The notes under the pieces: model-generated
The model's database searches: none
The model's input: only the letters and a program-made list of their open reading frames with translations
Told to the model about the DNA's origin: nothing
Part shown: piece after piece, positions 39,843-48,388 of the stretch
Position numbering within the stretch: position 1 is the first letter of the stretch
Layout: the number at the start of each line of letters is the position of its first letter
Source of the DNA: Candidatus Magasanikiibacteriota bacterium
GTDB lineage: Bacteria > Patescibacteriota > Patescibacteriia > Magasanikbacterales > UBA922
NCBI GenBank assembly: GCA_003518365.1
Contig: DOYU01000010.1
Span: forward strand, 1,938-65,937
Reading direction: 5' to 3'
Length of the DNA stretch: 64,000 nucleotides
Position numbers and translations under genes: made by a program

Positions 39843-40237
39843 GCGGTTAGTCCTGCAATGGGTGTTGCTTTTAGGACAGACACCAACTTTTTTTGTACCC
39901 GTTCCATACCATGTTTGATGGTACACGTATGAATAAGTTTGCATGTTTTTTCATCGATCACACATGGCGCGAAAGTTGGCTTATCGATGGCCTCGATCAC
40001 ATCAAGCAGTGAAATGCGACTATATGGAATTGTCAAAAAATATCCACCCTGAACTCCCTGCTTTGAATCAATCATCTTTGCTTGTTTGAGCTCTCTGGCG
40101 ATGCGTTGCAAGAACAGAAAAGATATGTTACTCTCATCAGAGAATGTCCGAAGGCTGAGCGCCTGATTTTTTTCGAGTGAAGAGAGTCTGTGGAGCAGCT
40201 GAATGGCATAATCAGCTTGTTTTGAAAGTCTTAGCAT
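39839..40237 (-). CDS. Rrf2-family transcriptional regulator (IscR-like, with Cys ligands)
   Basis: Rrf2 N-terminal wHTH (LSKQADYAIQLL); Cys cluster CVIDEKTCKLIHTC. Confidence 0.8.
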   Translation of the reverse strand: MLRLSKQADYAIQLLHRLSSLEKNQALSLRTFSDESNISFLFLQRIARELKQAKMIDSKQGVQGGYFLTIPYSRISLLDVIEAIDKPTFAPCVIDEKTCKLIHTCTIKHGMERVQKKLVSVLKATPIAGLTA

Positions 40238-40289
40238 AGTGAAAATATTGATCTAAAGTAGATCTCTATATTATACCAAATGAGTACAT

Positions 40290-40991
40290 ATGTCAACGTC
40301 AATACAGAGTCACATTGTCACACTTTTGTCTAAAAAAGAAGTTGCTCAACATGTCTTTGAACTACGGTTTTCAAAGCCGGATGGTTTTAGCTATACAGCA
40401 GGACAATTTGTCCAATTTTTAATACCAAACGGTGAAAAGACAACACCTCGCTCCTATTCCATTTCTTCGATTCCAACGGAGGCGTATCTTGAATTTTGTA
40501 TCAAATTGCATGAAGGTGGTCTTGCCTCAGAATACATCCGAGCAATGAACGTAGGTTCTTCTCTTTCTTGCAAAGGACCTCTGGGAAGATTTGTAGTAGA
40601 TGTAAATTCACATGACCACTACTTTGTCGCAACAGGTGTAGGGCTTGCCCCTATCATGGGAATGATTCGTTCTCTTATTGAAGAAAAAAACGCCGATCAT
40701 CCCGTACGGTTACTCTTTGGGGTTCGCGAGGAAGAAGATGTATTCTGGATAGACCGACTTGAAGAGCTCAAACAAAAACATAGTCTTTTTGACTATACCA
40801 TCACACTCTCGCAGCCAAAGCCTACTGGCGGATGGCAAGGATTGAGTGGGCGCGTCACAGACCACATTCTCCACCACCTTGGAAAGCATAAATTCTATCT
40901 CTGTGGCAGCGCGGCTATGGTAAAAGATATCAGAACACTCTTGCTTGAAAATGGCATCGACACAAAGGACATACATTTTGAGATCTTTTAG
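40290..40991 (+). CDS. ferredoxin-NADP reductase-like FAD/NAD(P)-binding oxidoreductase
   Basis: FNR-family RxYS motif (PRSYSISS), GxGxxP (GVGLAPIMG), C-terminal NAD-binding fold. Confidence 0.65.
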   Translation: MSTSIQSHIVTLLSKKEVAQHVFELRFSKPDGFSYTAGQFVQFLIPNGEKTTPRSYSISSIPTEAYLEFCIKLHEGGLASEYIRAMNVGSSLSCKGPLGRFVVDVNSHDHYFVATGVGLAPIMGMIRSLIEEKNADHPVRLLFGVREEEDVFWIDRLEELKQKHSLFDYTITLSQPKPTGGWQGLSGRVTDHILHHLGKHKFYLCGSAAMVKDIRTLLLENGIDTKDIHFEIF

Positions 40992-41018
40992 CAATGATCA
41001 GTGATCAATGACTAGTGA

Positions 41019-41402
41019 TCAGGTTCGCTTTGATTTCATAGTATCAATCGACTTCCAGAGCATTCTGCCAACTTCATCCATTAGATTCCAGCATCGTTGA
41101 TATTCTAATGCCGAAATATACCCTCGCTTGCAAGAAAAAAAAAGTTGATATTTCAATTCCATGAGCGACCCATATGAGACTTCTAGATGGTACACAAAAG
41201 TGCCACTTTTTGTCCTGGCATATCCTTCTATGATATTTGAGGGAATTGAAATGACCGCTCTACGTATTTGCGATACAATTCCAAATTTTTCCTCAGCAGG
41301 GAAGGATGGCAAAATATCATACACAGCATGTGCCAATTGGTCAGCGCGCTGCATAAGTGGTTTTTGCAATATATCCATACATCCTTTAGCATGATTGATC
41401 AC
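41019..41402 (-). CDS. four-helix-bundle protein (23S rRNA intervening-sequence protein family, PF05635-like)
   Basis: Signature SIPSNIIEGYAR...SLMELKYQL characteristic of this family; ~127 aa. Confidence 0.7.
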   Translation of the reverse strand: MINHAKGCMDILQKPLMQRADQLAHAVYDILPSFPAEEKFGIVSQIRRAVISIPSNIIEGYARTKSGTFVYHLEVSYGSLMELKYQLFFSCKRGYISALEYQRCWNLMDEVGRMLWKSIDTMKSKRT

Positions 41403-41422
41403 TAATCATTAATCAATGTTCA

Positions 41423-42013
41423 CTAAATTGGCAACGTCATATTGATCCCTCGCGCGGCCTGTCCTGCACCCTCTCCTCTTGGCTCAGGATCAAAGTTCAC
41501 GGCAATCGGCATAAGCTCTCCAGTCAGAGTTGCCGTGTACAGCATTTTATTTTTTTTGCCAAACTCGTAAATTTCTTTTGTCACCTTTACATCCTGTTCA
41601 CAATATTTTTTTATTTCATCAATTTTTCCTTCTTCATACCATTTAATAGCAGCAAGCCCGTTTGCACTTTTACTGATCTCAAGTGTTGCTTTGGCAATAT
41701 CATCGAGCTTATATCTGTGACCACATGATTCCTTTATCTTTTCTAAAAGATCTAAATGTGGAATCACATTGATATCACCAGGATAATATTTATCCAAAAT
41801 TGGAGCATCAAATCCTTTACTATTATATCCAATAATCCGTTCTGCACGTTCTAAAATAGGCCACAATTCAGAAAGTTGATGTTCATCAAAAGACCGATAG
41901 CTATCGGTTTCATATTCATACACAGACACGACTGTTACTTTTATATTTGCACGATCCTTGATGTCGCCGTATGTTTCGATGTCGAAGACTACTTCCCTAC
42001 TCATAGATTTCAC
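41423..42013 (-). CDS. DEDD-family 3'-5' exonuclease (RNase H-like fold)
   Basis: Exo motifs VFDIETYG, IGYNSKGFDAPIL, YCEQDVKVT. Confidence 0.6.
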   Translation of the reverse strand: MKSMSREVVFDIETYGDIKDRANIKVTVVSVYEYETDSYRSFDEHQLSELWPILERAERIIGYNSKGFDAPILDKYYPGDINVIPHLDLLEKIKESCGHRYKLDDIAKATLEISKSANGLAAIKWYEEGKIDEIKKYCEQDVKVTKEIYEFGKKNKMLYTATLTGELMPIAVNFDPEPRGEGAGQAARGINMTLPI

Positions 42014-42062
42014 AGATTATTAAATGATTACACTGAAATATTCTTCAAAAATTCAACGAAAT

Positions 42063-42416
42063 CTATGATACTTTTTTAAATTTGACAGTAAACAACGGCT
42101 CGTATTCATTTTCATACTTATCATTCACACTCACGGTCTCCCCTTTCATGACCATCGTCATGGCGATGTCATTGATCATTTCTTGATCACTGGCAATATC
42201 AATTTTGATATCATCCATCTGTATAAATTCATTTGAAAATTGTGATTTCAATTCTGTTTCTATACTTTTCTTTTTTTCCCGAAGGGTCTTCAAAGATTCT
42301 TCAGCTTCAATGTAGGCTTCGCTTCCTTTGAGTGCTTCCTTGTACGCGTCGCGCAAATCTTTGAGTTTTTTCTTGTTCTCCTGGACACGATTAAAAATTT
42401 CTTGGAGGTCTTGCAT
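42063..42416 (-). CDS. hypothetical coiled-coil protein
   Basis: 117-aa ORF, Lys/Glu-rich. Confidence 0.4.
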   Translation of the reverse strand: MQDLQEIFNRVQENKKKLKDLRDAYKEALKGSEAYIEAEESLKTLREKKKSIETELKSQFSNEFIQMDDIKIDIASDQEMINDIAMTMVMKGETVSVNDKYENEYEPLFTVKFKKVS

Positions 42417-42485
42417 AGATGTATACTATATGAAAAACAGCTGGACTATTGTATCATAGCGTGGTAATCAGGACAAATATACGTT

Positions 42486-42980
42486 ATGCAACTTCCAAAA
42501 CGAAAACCAGGCAAATATACCAATCTCCCGAATGATCCCCTCATGACAGGGCATAAGTTTGCTGCGCTGCAAAAAGATCTTGAAAAACTTTTGGCAAAAA
42601 GGCCAAAGGCGGCTTCAGAAGTAGCTCGGCTGGCAGAACTCGGCGACTTTTCAGAAAATGTTGAATATCAGTTGGCAAAAGGAAAATTGCGAGGCATGAA
42701 TAATGCCATATTGAAAATCGAGCGCCAACTTGCTGACGCAGATATCATAGCTCCGCTTGATAACGATGAGGTGCATGTGGGAAGTACCGTCACCGTTCAT
42801 GCAAATGGTACAGAAAAAACCTATACCATTTTAGGATCAACAGAAACAGATCCATCAAAAGGAATTATTTCATACACCTCTCCTATTGGGGAGGCGCTGC
42901 TCGGGAAAAAGAAAGGAGACATTGTGTCCCTCATGATTCAAGGCCACGATGTTTCTTACCGTATTCTCAAGATACACTAA
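42486..42980 (+). CDS. GreA/GreB-family transcript cleavage factor paralog
   Basis: LGDFSENVEYQLAKG coiled-coil tip; C-terminal GreA FKBP-like domain (PIGEALLGKKKGD); second paralog besides greA at 11164. Confidence 0.75.
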   Translation: MQLPKRKPGKYTNLPNDPLMTGHKFAALQKDLEKLLAKRPKAASEVARLAELGDFSENVEYQLAKGKLRGMNNAILKIERQLADADIIAPLDNDEVHVGSTVTVHANGTEKTYTILGSTETDPSKGIISYTSPIGEALLGKKKGDIVSLMIQGHDVSYRILKIH

Positions 42981-43972
42981 TCTTCCTTGTAGACTTTTCG
43001 TTTGTACAGAAATCCACTGATGAAGTGTGGAAGATGTCTTGCTGTATACGCAAGCGTGGACGCATGGACAATGACAAGGATCACCCCCACAAATACAATA
43101 ATCCCTAAGGTGACGTTCTCAGCAACACGAAGAAAAAAGTGAATAATGTAAGGATTTGGATCTTCAACAAGTTCTTTTTGAAACATCCAGCGAAGAAACT
43201 GAGCTGGACCAATATATGCTGCGACGAGAAATGCCATGCCCAGGAGGAGCCCGGCGAGGCTTTGCAATGCCCACAAAGCTTTCTTTCTCTTTTTTTTGAG
43301 TACAGAAGGCATGTCTACAACATGCAGACGAAATTGCGCAGTCATAATTTCGTAAAACATCTTCAGTCGTGCAACAAATCCATTCCAAAAACCATATTTT
43401 TTTTCTTTGATAACTTGATTCATCCCTTTGTGCACGGAAAAAGTAAAACCCTTGCCATAGTGAACTGCATAAAAATTGAGGCCGGCTTCAATGCGAAATC
43501 GATGTTTATAAAAATCAGGAACTTTTTTCCACAGATTTCTCGTAAGTGCTCGCTCCCCGCCGAATAATGGAACAAACCACAATATCTGATGCATGTAATA
43601 GATCTTTCTATTTCGCATGCCGATAGACATCTCAGTACTGCCATTCAAGACTGGAAGCAAAATATGATTCAATATGACATGTGACAGCCCTTTTACATCT
43701 GCATCAACAAAAAATATTGTGTCAGCATCCGTTGCCAACACTCCCCTATTCATTGAAAATCCTTTTCCTTTGTTGGTATCATTTTTGATATACGTTACTG
43801 GAAATGTTTGCACAATACTCTCTGTGTCGTCTGTGGAGCCGTCATCAACAACAATAATTTCGGCAAACAAGCCTGACAAGACGAGCGTACTTAAAACAGC
43901 ACCAATGCGCGATGATTCATTGTATGCTGGAACAATGGCTGCTATTTTTTCAGGACTCGTTTGCTGATCCAT
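42977..43972 (-). CDS. family 2 glycosyltransferase with C-terminal TM helices
   Basis: AIVPAYNES...VVDDGSTDDT, DADV motifs. Confidence 0.75.
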   Translation of the reverse strand: MDQQTSPEKIAAIVPAYNESSRIGAVLSTLVLSGLFAEIIVVDDGSTDDTESIVQTFPVTYIKNDTNKGKGFSMNRGVLATDADTIFFVDADVKGLSHVILNHILLPVLNGSTEMSIGMRNRKIYYMHQILWFVPLFGGERALTRNLWKKVPDFYKHRFRIEAGLNFYAVHYGKGFTFSVHKGMNQVIKEKKYGFWNGFVARLKMFYEIMTAQFRLHVVDMPSVLKKKRKKALWALQSLAGLLLGMAFLVAAYIGPAQFLRWMFQKELVEDPNPYIIHFFLRVAENVTLGIIVFVGVILVIVHASTLAYTARHLPHFISGFLYKRKVYKED

Positions 43973-44520
43973 GTTATCACTATATGAGCAAGAATGAGAG
44001 TAATGGCAAGAACACCAAGTGCATATCCTGTCCGTTCAAAAAGTGGTGACCAATTGTGTGTACCCCGCGCCGCTGCCCACCCAATGGCGAGCATAACGCA
44101 CAGCCAAAGCACGGTGCCAATAGCGTCGTAGAGTAAAAACAACCAAAAATTCATTTTCCGAGAAGCAATATAGATGATCGTGAGAATGCGCGTGCCGTAC
44201 AAAAATTTTATGAAGAGCAATACAAAAAAAGGTGTATGCGATTGCAGAGGCACTTCTTCTTGTTTGAGCTCTTCTACTTTCTTTCGGCTTCTTTTCCACT
44301 TCATAAACAGTTTCAAGAGTGCTGTGCCAAAAAGAAACCAGATCAAATCAGAAATAATTGTCCCCAAAAATGCAAGGGAAAAGACTATTCCTAATGACCA
44401 CAATCCCTGACCGGCAAGAAATGCAGCACTCACAATAACCGTTTCACCAAAAAAGAATGCACCTAAAAAAATTGCAGGAAGCTGGTACGTTGTAAGGAGA
44501 CCGAGAATGTCTACGTCCAT
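43942..44520 (-). CDS. DedA/VTT-family membrane protein
   Basis: Conserved FFGETVIVSAAFLAGQG region and polytopic topology. Confidence 0.7.
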   Translation of the reverse strand: MDVDILGLLTTYQLPAIFLGAFFFGETVIVSAAFLAGQGLWSLGIVFSLAFLGTIISDLIWFLFGTALLKLFMKWKRSRKKVEELKQEEVPLQSHTPFFVLLFIKFLYGTRILTIIYIASRKMNFWLFLLYDAIGTVLWLCVMLAIGWAAARGTHNWSPLFERTGYALGVLAITLILAHIVITWISKRVLKK

Positions 44521-44568
44521 ACTTGCAGGAAATCAAGATTATAAGCATGTTCCAGTACAGCCGCCGTG

Positions 44569-44886
44569 CTACACTTGTTGTGTTGGTGTTGGATTCGTTG
44601 CGGCAGGTTTTTCACCAGAAACCGTATTATGTTTTTCCTTCAAGATTCCTTTTGGCTCTGAAAACACAAAGAGATACAATAATTCTACAATACCAATAGT
44701 ATTCAGCAGGAGAATCGCAACAAACCAGATACTATCCCCGCGTCGCGCTGCCTTCCATAGCGCGAACGCCTTCCATATGAGTGACCATATCGCAACAAGA
44801 ACAAAAAATCCCCAAAGTCCTTGCCCTATTCCTGCAAATCCAAAGGGTCCCATCATTGATGAATTAGACGAAAATGAATTCCACAT
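44569..44886 (-). CDS. hypothetical small membrane protein
   Basis: 105 aa, three hydrophobic helices. Confidence 0.4.
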   Translation of the reverse strand: MWNSFSSNSSMMGPFGFAGIGQGLWGFFVLVAIWSLIWKAFALWKAARRGDSIWFVAILLLNTIGIVELLYLFVFSEPKGILKEKHNTVSGEKPAATNPTPTQQV

Positions 44887-44964
44887 AAAAAATTATTATT
44901 GAATGATGTATCTAGTATATGCCTGTACATGCATGAACACAAGGAACGCGGTGGATAAATATAT

Positions 44965-44997
44965 GTAAAAAACAGCTCAATATAGCTGTTTTTTACA
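44965..44997. terminator. bidirectional hairpin terminator (aaaaaacagct-caatat-agctgtttttt)
   Basis: 11-bp perfect stem flanked by A-run and T-run between convergent genes. Confidence 0.6.
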
Positions 44998-45016
44998 TAT
45001 TCACACGCAGGGATAC

Positions 45017-45682
45017 TCAGGAGATACTTTCTACTATATTTTCAAAAATTATATCCGCATTAAACAGATCTTGTTCTGTGATACATGTAGATTGCTGAGG
45101 TTCATCATAATTTGTACATTGCACTTCTCTGACAGAAAACTTCAATTCAAGTGGACCACCACCGTACTCAAATTCATACGTATATCGTGTATAGACACTT
45201 CCAGCGGCACCTTCTTCTTCACGAGTAATACAATATGTTTTTCCATTGACAGTTCGAAGCTCCGTAGGATCACTTCTTTCAAGACAAGGAACAAGGGCTT
45301 GCCCGATAGTCAACGTAGGTGGCCAATCAACAGGAGTGATATAAAGACTTCCAAAATCTGCCGGATACATGAAGGAAAGCCCTGTGTCAGTATCAAACTT
45401 GAACAAGAGAAGCGTTTCCTTTTCTGGAGAGTCCTTCACACTGTCAGGACATACGGCAAATGCACACTCTGGACCACTCCGACCAACGTATGTTGTGCCA
45501 TCAGGACAAAGCTTTGCCTCAAGCGTACACGCAACTTGATGATCTGTAGGATCTGTTTGTTCCCCCACTGCCGCTCCGTCATAATATGTTACCCACGCGA
45601 AATACAGTGCTGATGAAAGGACGAGAATGATAATAAGGATAAGCCAAAGGGCGGTATGTTTTGATTGCGATGGGATTTTCAT
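45017..45682 (-). CDS. hypothetical secreted/anchored protein (Cys-rich)
   Basis: N-terminal signal/anchor (ALWLILIIILVLSSALYFAW); several Cys pairs. Confidence 0.45.
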   Translation of the reverse strand: MKIPSQSKHTALWLILIIILVLSSALYFAWVTYYDGAAVGEQTDPTDHQVACTLEAKLCPDGTTYVGRSGPECAFAVCPDSVKDSPEKETLLLFKFDTDTGLSFMYPADFGSLYITPVDWPPTLTIGQALVPCLERSDPTELRTVNGKTYCITREEEGAAGSVYTRYTYEFEYGGGPLELKFSVREVQCTNYDEPQQSTCITEQDLFNADIIFENIVESIS

Positions 45683-45704
45683 AAGAATAAGTAAATAAAT
45701 AACA

Positions 45705-45893
45705 CTATGCCGAATATACTTTCATACCAATCCAAATCCCTACTAATCCTCCTAAAAACGCACCAATAACAGAAGCAAAAGAAAAGGAATCTGCACCAAA
45801 CCAGACAGGAACATATGTACCAAGTGTAGATCCTACAATCATGCCAAGCATGACAATTTTTTTATCCATATATATCACTATAACACAAAACAC
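45705..45893 (-). CDS. hypothetical small membrane protein
   Basis: 62 aa, two hydrophobic helices. Confidence 0.35.
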   Translation of the reverse strand: MFCVIVIYMDKKIVMLGMIVGSTLGTYVPVWFGADSFSFASVIGAFLGGLVGIWIGMKVYSA

Positions 45894-46205
45894 AGCATAT
45901 TGCTGTGTTTTGTAGTGCTCGCCCTGCTCAACGATTTCCGAACTTTTGACTGGGCAAGCGAATACAAATATCCGACGGTAGTTTTAGACCAAATGAAAGA
46001 AATGCTGGCCAAGTACGCGAATGTATAACCCGTTCTTGCCCCATGTTTGCCCGTGTGGCGAGCGGTTCGAGCGAAGTAAGAGATTTGTACCAATCTGGAA
46101 ACCAAAAACGATTGTGAACGAATTTTGAGACTTTAAAACGATTTGCTTAACTTCGGAAAAGTTAAGCAAATATGACTCCGCTAGACTTGTTCCGACGGCA
46201 AGCGT

Positions 46206-46526
46206 ATGTTCTTGCTTGCTATGGATGACAATGACATTGAAGCGATCCTTCGGGACGCTAAAAACGTAAGAATGCCACATCGACGCGGATCATTTAATCC
46301 GTTATCTTCTCTTCCAGAACCAAAAGCCAAAATCAAACAAGCAATCAAGGAAAGAATCAGACTCTTGGCCGGTGCTTATATCTCACTGGCTGGATTTGTA
46401 GACGATGACGATATCCGGTTTGCCGAGGATAATCCAAAGTCAAAGAAAACTCGAGCAATGTATCACAAAGTGCTCGAGGATATGGAAATAGCAAAAAAAG
46501 AAATAAGGGAATTTAAAATATTATAG
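46206..46526 (+). CDS. hypothetical protein
   Basis: 106-aa ORF at the left edge of the accessory segment; no motif recognized. Confidence 0.35.
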   Translation: MFLLAMDDNDIEAILRDAKNVRMPHRRGSFNPLSSLPEPKAKIKQAIKERIRLLAGAYISLAGFVDDDDIRFAEDNPKSKKTRAMYHKVLEDMEIAKKEIREFKIL

Positions 46527-46699
46527 TAACTCTTCAAGCTCAACGGCATCGTCCTCGTCCACACCCAAATCTTCCATGATCTCCTGCACACGCTCGGCCG
46601 TGTCCTTATCAAGATCGTGACTTTCCATAAGCTCGACGACTTCTTTGTTTGGAGCTTCTTCGGCTGGTTCATCTTTAATTGGATCGTTATCGTCTACCA
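46520..46699 (-). CDS. small highly acidic protein (59 aa), last gene of the dcm/GHKL operon (frame absent from ORF track because <60 aa)
   Basis: Own six-frame read of 46520..46699: MVDDNDPIKDEPAEEAPNKEVVELMESHDLDKDTAERVQEIMEDLGVDEDDAVELEELL; about 40% Asp/Glu. The overlapping track ORF 46463..46672 is low complexity. Confidence 0.3.
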
Positions 46700-46714
46700 T
46701 AGCCCATATTTACT

Positions 46715-48388
46715 TTAGGCTTTCCCTGATAATAATGTGATAAGTCTGCCTTTAATATTTTCATAAACCGATGTTAGCTTCTTTTTCGCCGCATCAGTTA
46801 AAAGTGCTGTGTGAGCAAGAGAGTCTCGAATTGGCTTATACTCGTTTGCGTCTCTCGCAAGACAAGCCTCCTTAGTTGGATCTTTTGCTTTATCTACGAG
46901 GTATGCGAGATCATTCATGGATAAATAACTCAAATCACTATTATTTTTACGAATACCAATACTAACGTTGCCTTTATTTTTAGACTCTGTTTCTACTTTT
47001 TTCCATTTCGCAATTTCTGTTTTTGCTTCCTTTGACAGGGTTATTTTCTTTTCACCAATATAATTTCTGATTAAATTTTCTGACACAAAACATTCCGCAT
47101 AAGAACCAAAATTATATTGGGCATCATCAGCAAGATCATTAACCCACGTGTCAATTTTCTTTTTATGTTTTGATTTTCCTGCAACTGTGTATTCTTTGGA
47201 AACAGTGTTAAATAACTCCATTGATTTCCTATCTCGAGGGGTCATTCTCTCGTTTTCTGAATCGCCATCCTTCCTGTGGGCTATTCTCCATTTGTCCCAA
47301 TCTTCAACGATTTTTAATATCACACTTTTTCGCAGAGTATCTAGAAACTTTTTATATTTTGGATCATCGGCAACCACACCCTCTCGACTACTAGTAAATA
47401 TATCATCACCACTATCAAGTTCATTGAAGTGAATCTGCCCATACAAATAATTCTCAGCTACTCGAGATGTCGGTATGTGTTTTAGGATATCTCTTTCTCG
47501 CAATCTTCCGTTTACAAAAAGGTCAATTCCGATTCTTTCCTCAGTCGTCATTATTTTAAGATCTCTTGGTCGTTCAACTGACGCAATAAATCCTTTCATT
47601 TTATTTCCTTTAAGAACGATGTCTCTTTGCTCGTTTTTTTCTGTAGTAAATCTCTTCTCAAGACTTTGAATGTAAGGATCTTTATGTTCATTTATTTTCC
47701 ATAAAAACTCTGTTTTTTCAGCAAGATCATTGAGAGATTCGTGTGTGACTTTGTCGCCATCAATAAAAATATTAAATGTTTTATCTAAAAGTGAAAAACG
47801 AAAATATAAAGCAACAATCTTTTTCAAAAATTCTAAGCTATTTTGTATGCCGTCCTTGATGCCCTCAAAATAAATTATTGTGCCGTGTTTGTGATCTTTT
47901 GTATGGGTAGCAAAAGTGCTTTCTGTCCACGATCCAAGAGAATACTCCTTGGGAGTAAGATCTTCTGTTATTGCCTTGTCCAAACCCGAGTTATCAATGA
48001 CACCACCAATATAATTGCTGGATTTAGTTTTTGAGATAACAGTTATTTTTTCCGCACAAGATAACAAGGCTAATTTACCAATACCTTTTCTGCCTATAAA
48101 AGGTCTGCCCTTAGGGGAGGCGGAACCGCCATTTTTTCTCTTTGAGTATCCAATTTTCAAAAACTTATTTTGAAAATCATCCTTTGTCATACCCAAACCA
48201 TCATCCTTAATAAAAAAGCTATTACCTTTTTTATTGATATAGATTGAGACATTTTTTGCGTCAGCATCCCATGCGTTAGAGATTGCTTCTCCGAGAACCG
48301 TTGCAAAACTTCTGTACAGATTTCTTCCTAAGTGATTTAAGACGCTCAGTGAAATCTCAAAAGAGAAATTATCATTATTGTTTTTCAT
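46715..48388 (-). CDS. GHKL-superfamily ATPase (HATPase_c_3; MORC/paraMORC-like) associated with R-M genes
   Basis: Bergerat-fold motifs: N box EAISNAWDADA, G1 IKDDGLGMT, G2 GRKGIGKLA; overlaps dcm by 14 nt. Confidence 0.7.
   Translation of the reverse strand: MKNNNDNFSFEISLSVLNHLGRNLYRSFATVLGEAISNAWDADAKNVSIYINKKGNSFFIKDDGLGMTKDDFQNKFLKIGYSKRKNGGSASPKGRPFIGRKGIGKLALLSCAEKITVISKTKSSNYIGGVIDNSGLDKAITEDLTPKEYSLGSWTESTFATHTKDHKHGTIIYFEGIKDGIQNSLEFLKKIVALYFRFSLLDKTFNIFIDGDKVTHESLNDLAEKTEFLWKINEHKDPYIQSLEKRFTTEKNEQRDIVLKGNKMKGFIASVERPRDLKIMTTEERIGIDLFVNGRLRERDILKHIPTSRVAENYLYGQIHFNELDSGDDIFTSSREGVVADDPKYKKFLDTLRKSVILKIVEDWDKWRIAHRKDGDSENERMTPRDRKSMELFNTVSKEYTVAGKSKHKKKIDTWVNDLADDAQYNFGSYAECFVSENLIRNYIGEKKITLSKEAKTEIAKWKKVETESKNKGNVSIGIRKNNSDLSYLSMNDLAYLVDKAKDPTKEACLARDANEYKPIRDSLAHTALLTDAAKKKLTSVYENIKGRLITLLSGKA

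Noticed and set aside
40992-41445. TGATCA-rich flanks of the four-helix-bundle gene as terminal inverted repeats of an insertion sequence
   Set aside because: The two flanks are only loosely inverted-complementary, no transposase is present, and no target-site duplication is evident.
46463-46672. 69-aa ORF from the track (MNQPKKLQTKKSSS...)
   Set aside because: Low-complexity, Ser/Lys/Trp-rich translation. An alternative frame on the same strand (46520..46699) gives a compositionally coherent acidic protein ending right at the gene junction.
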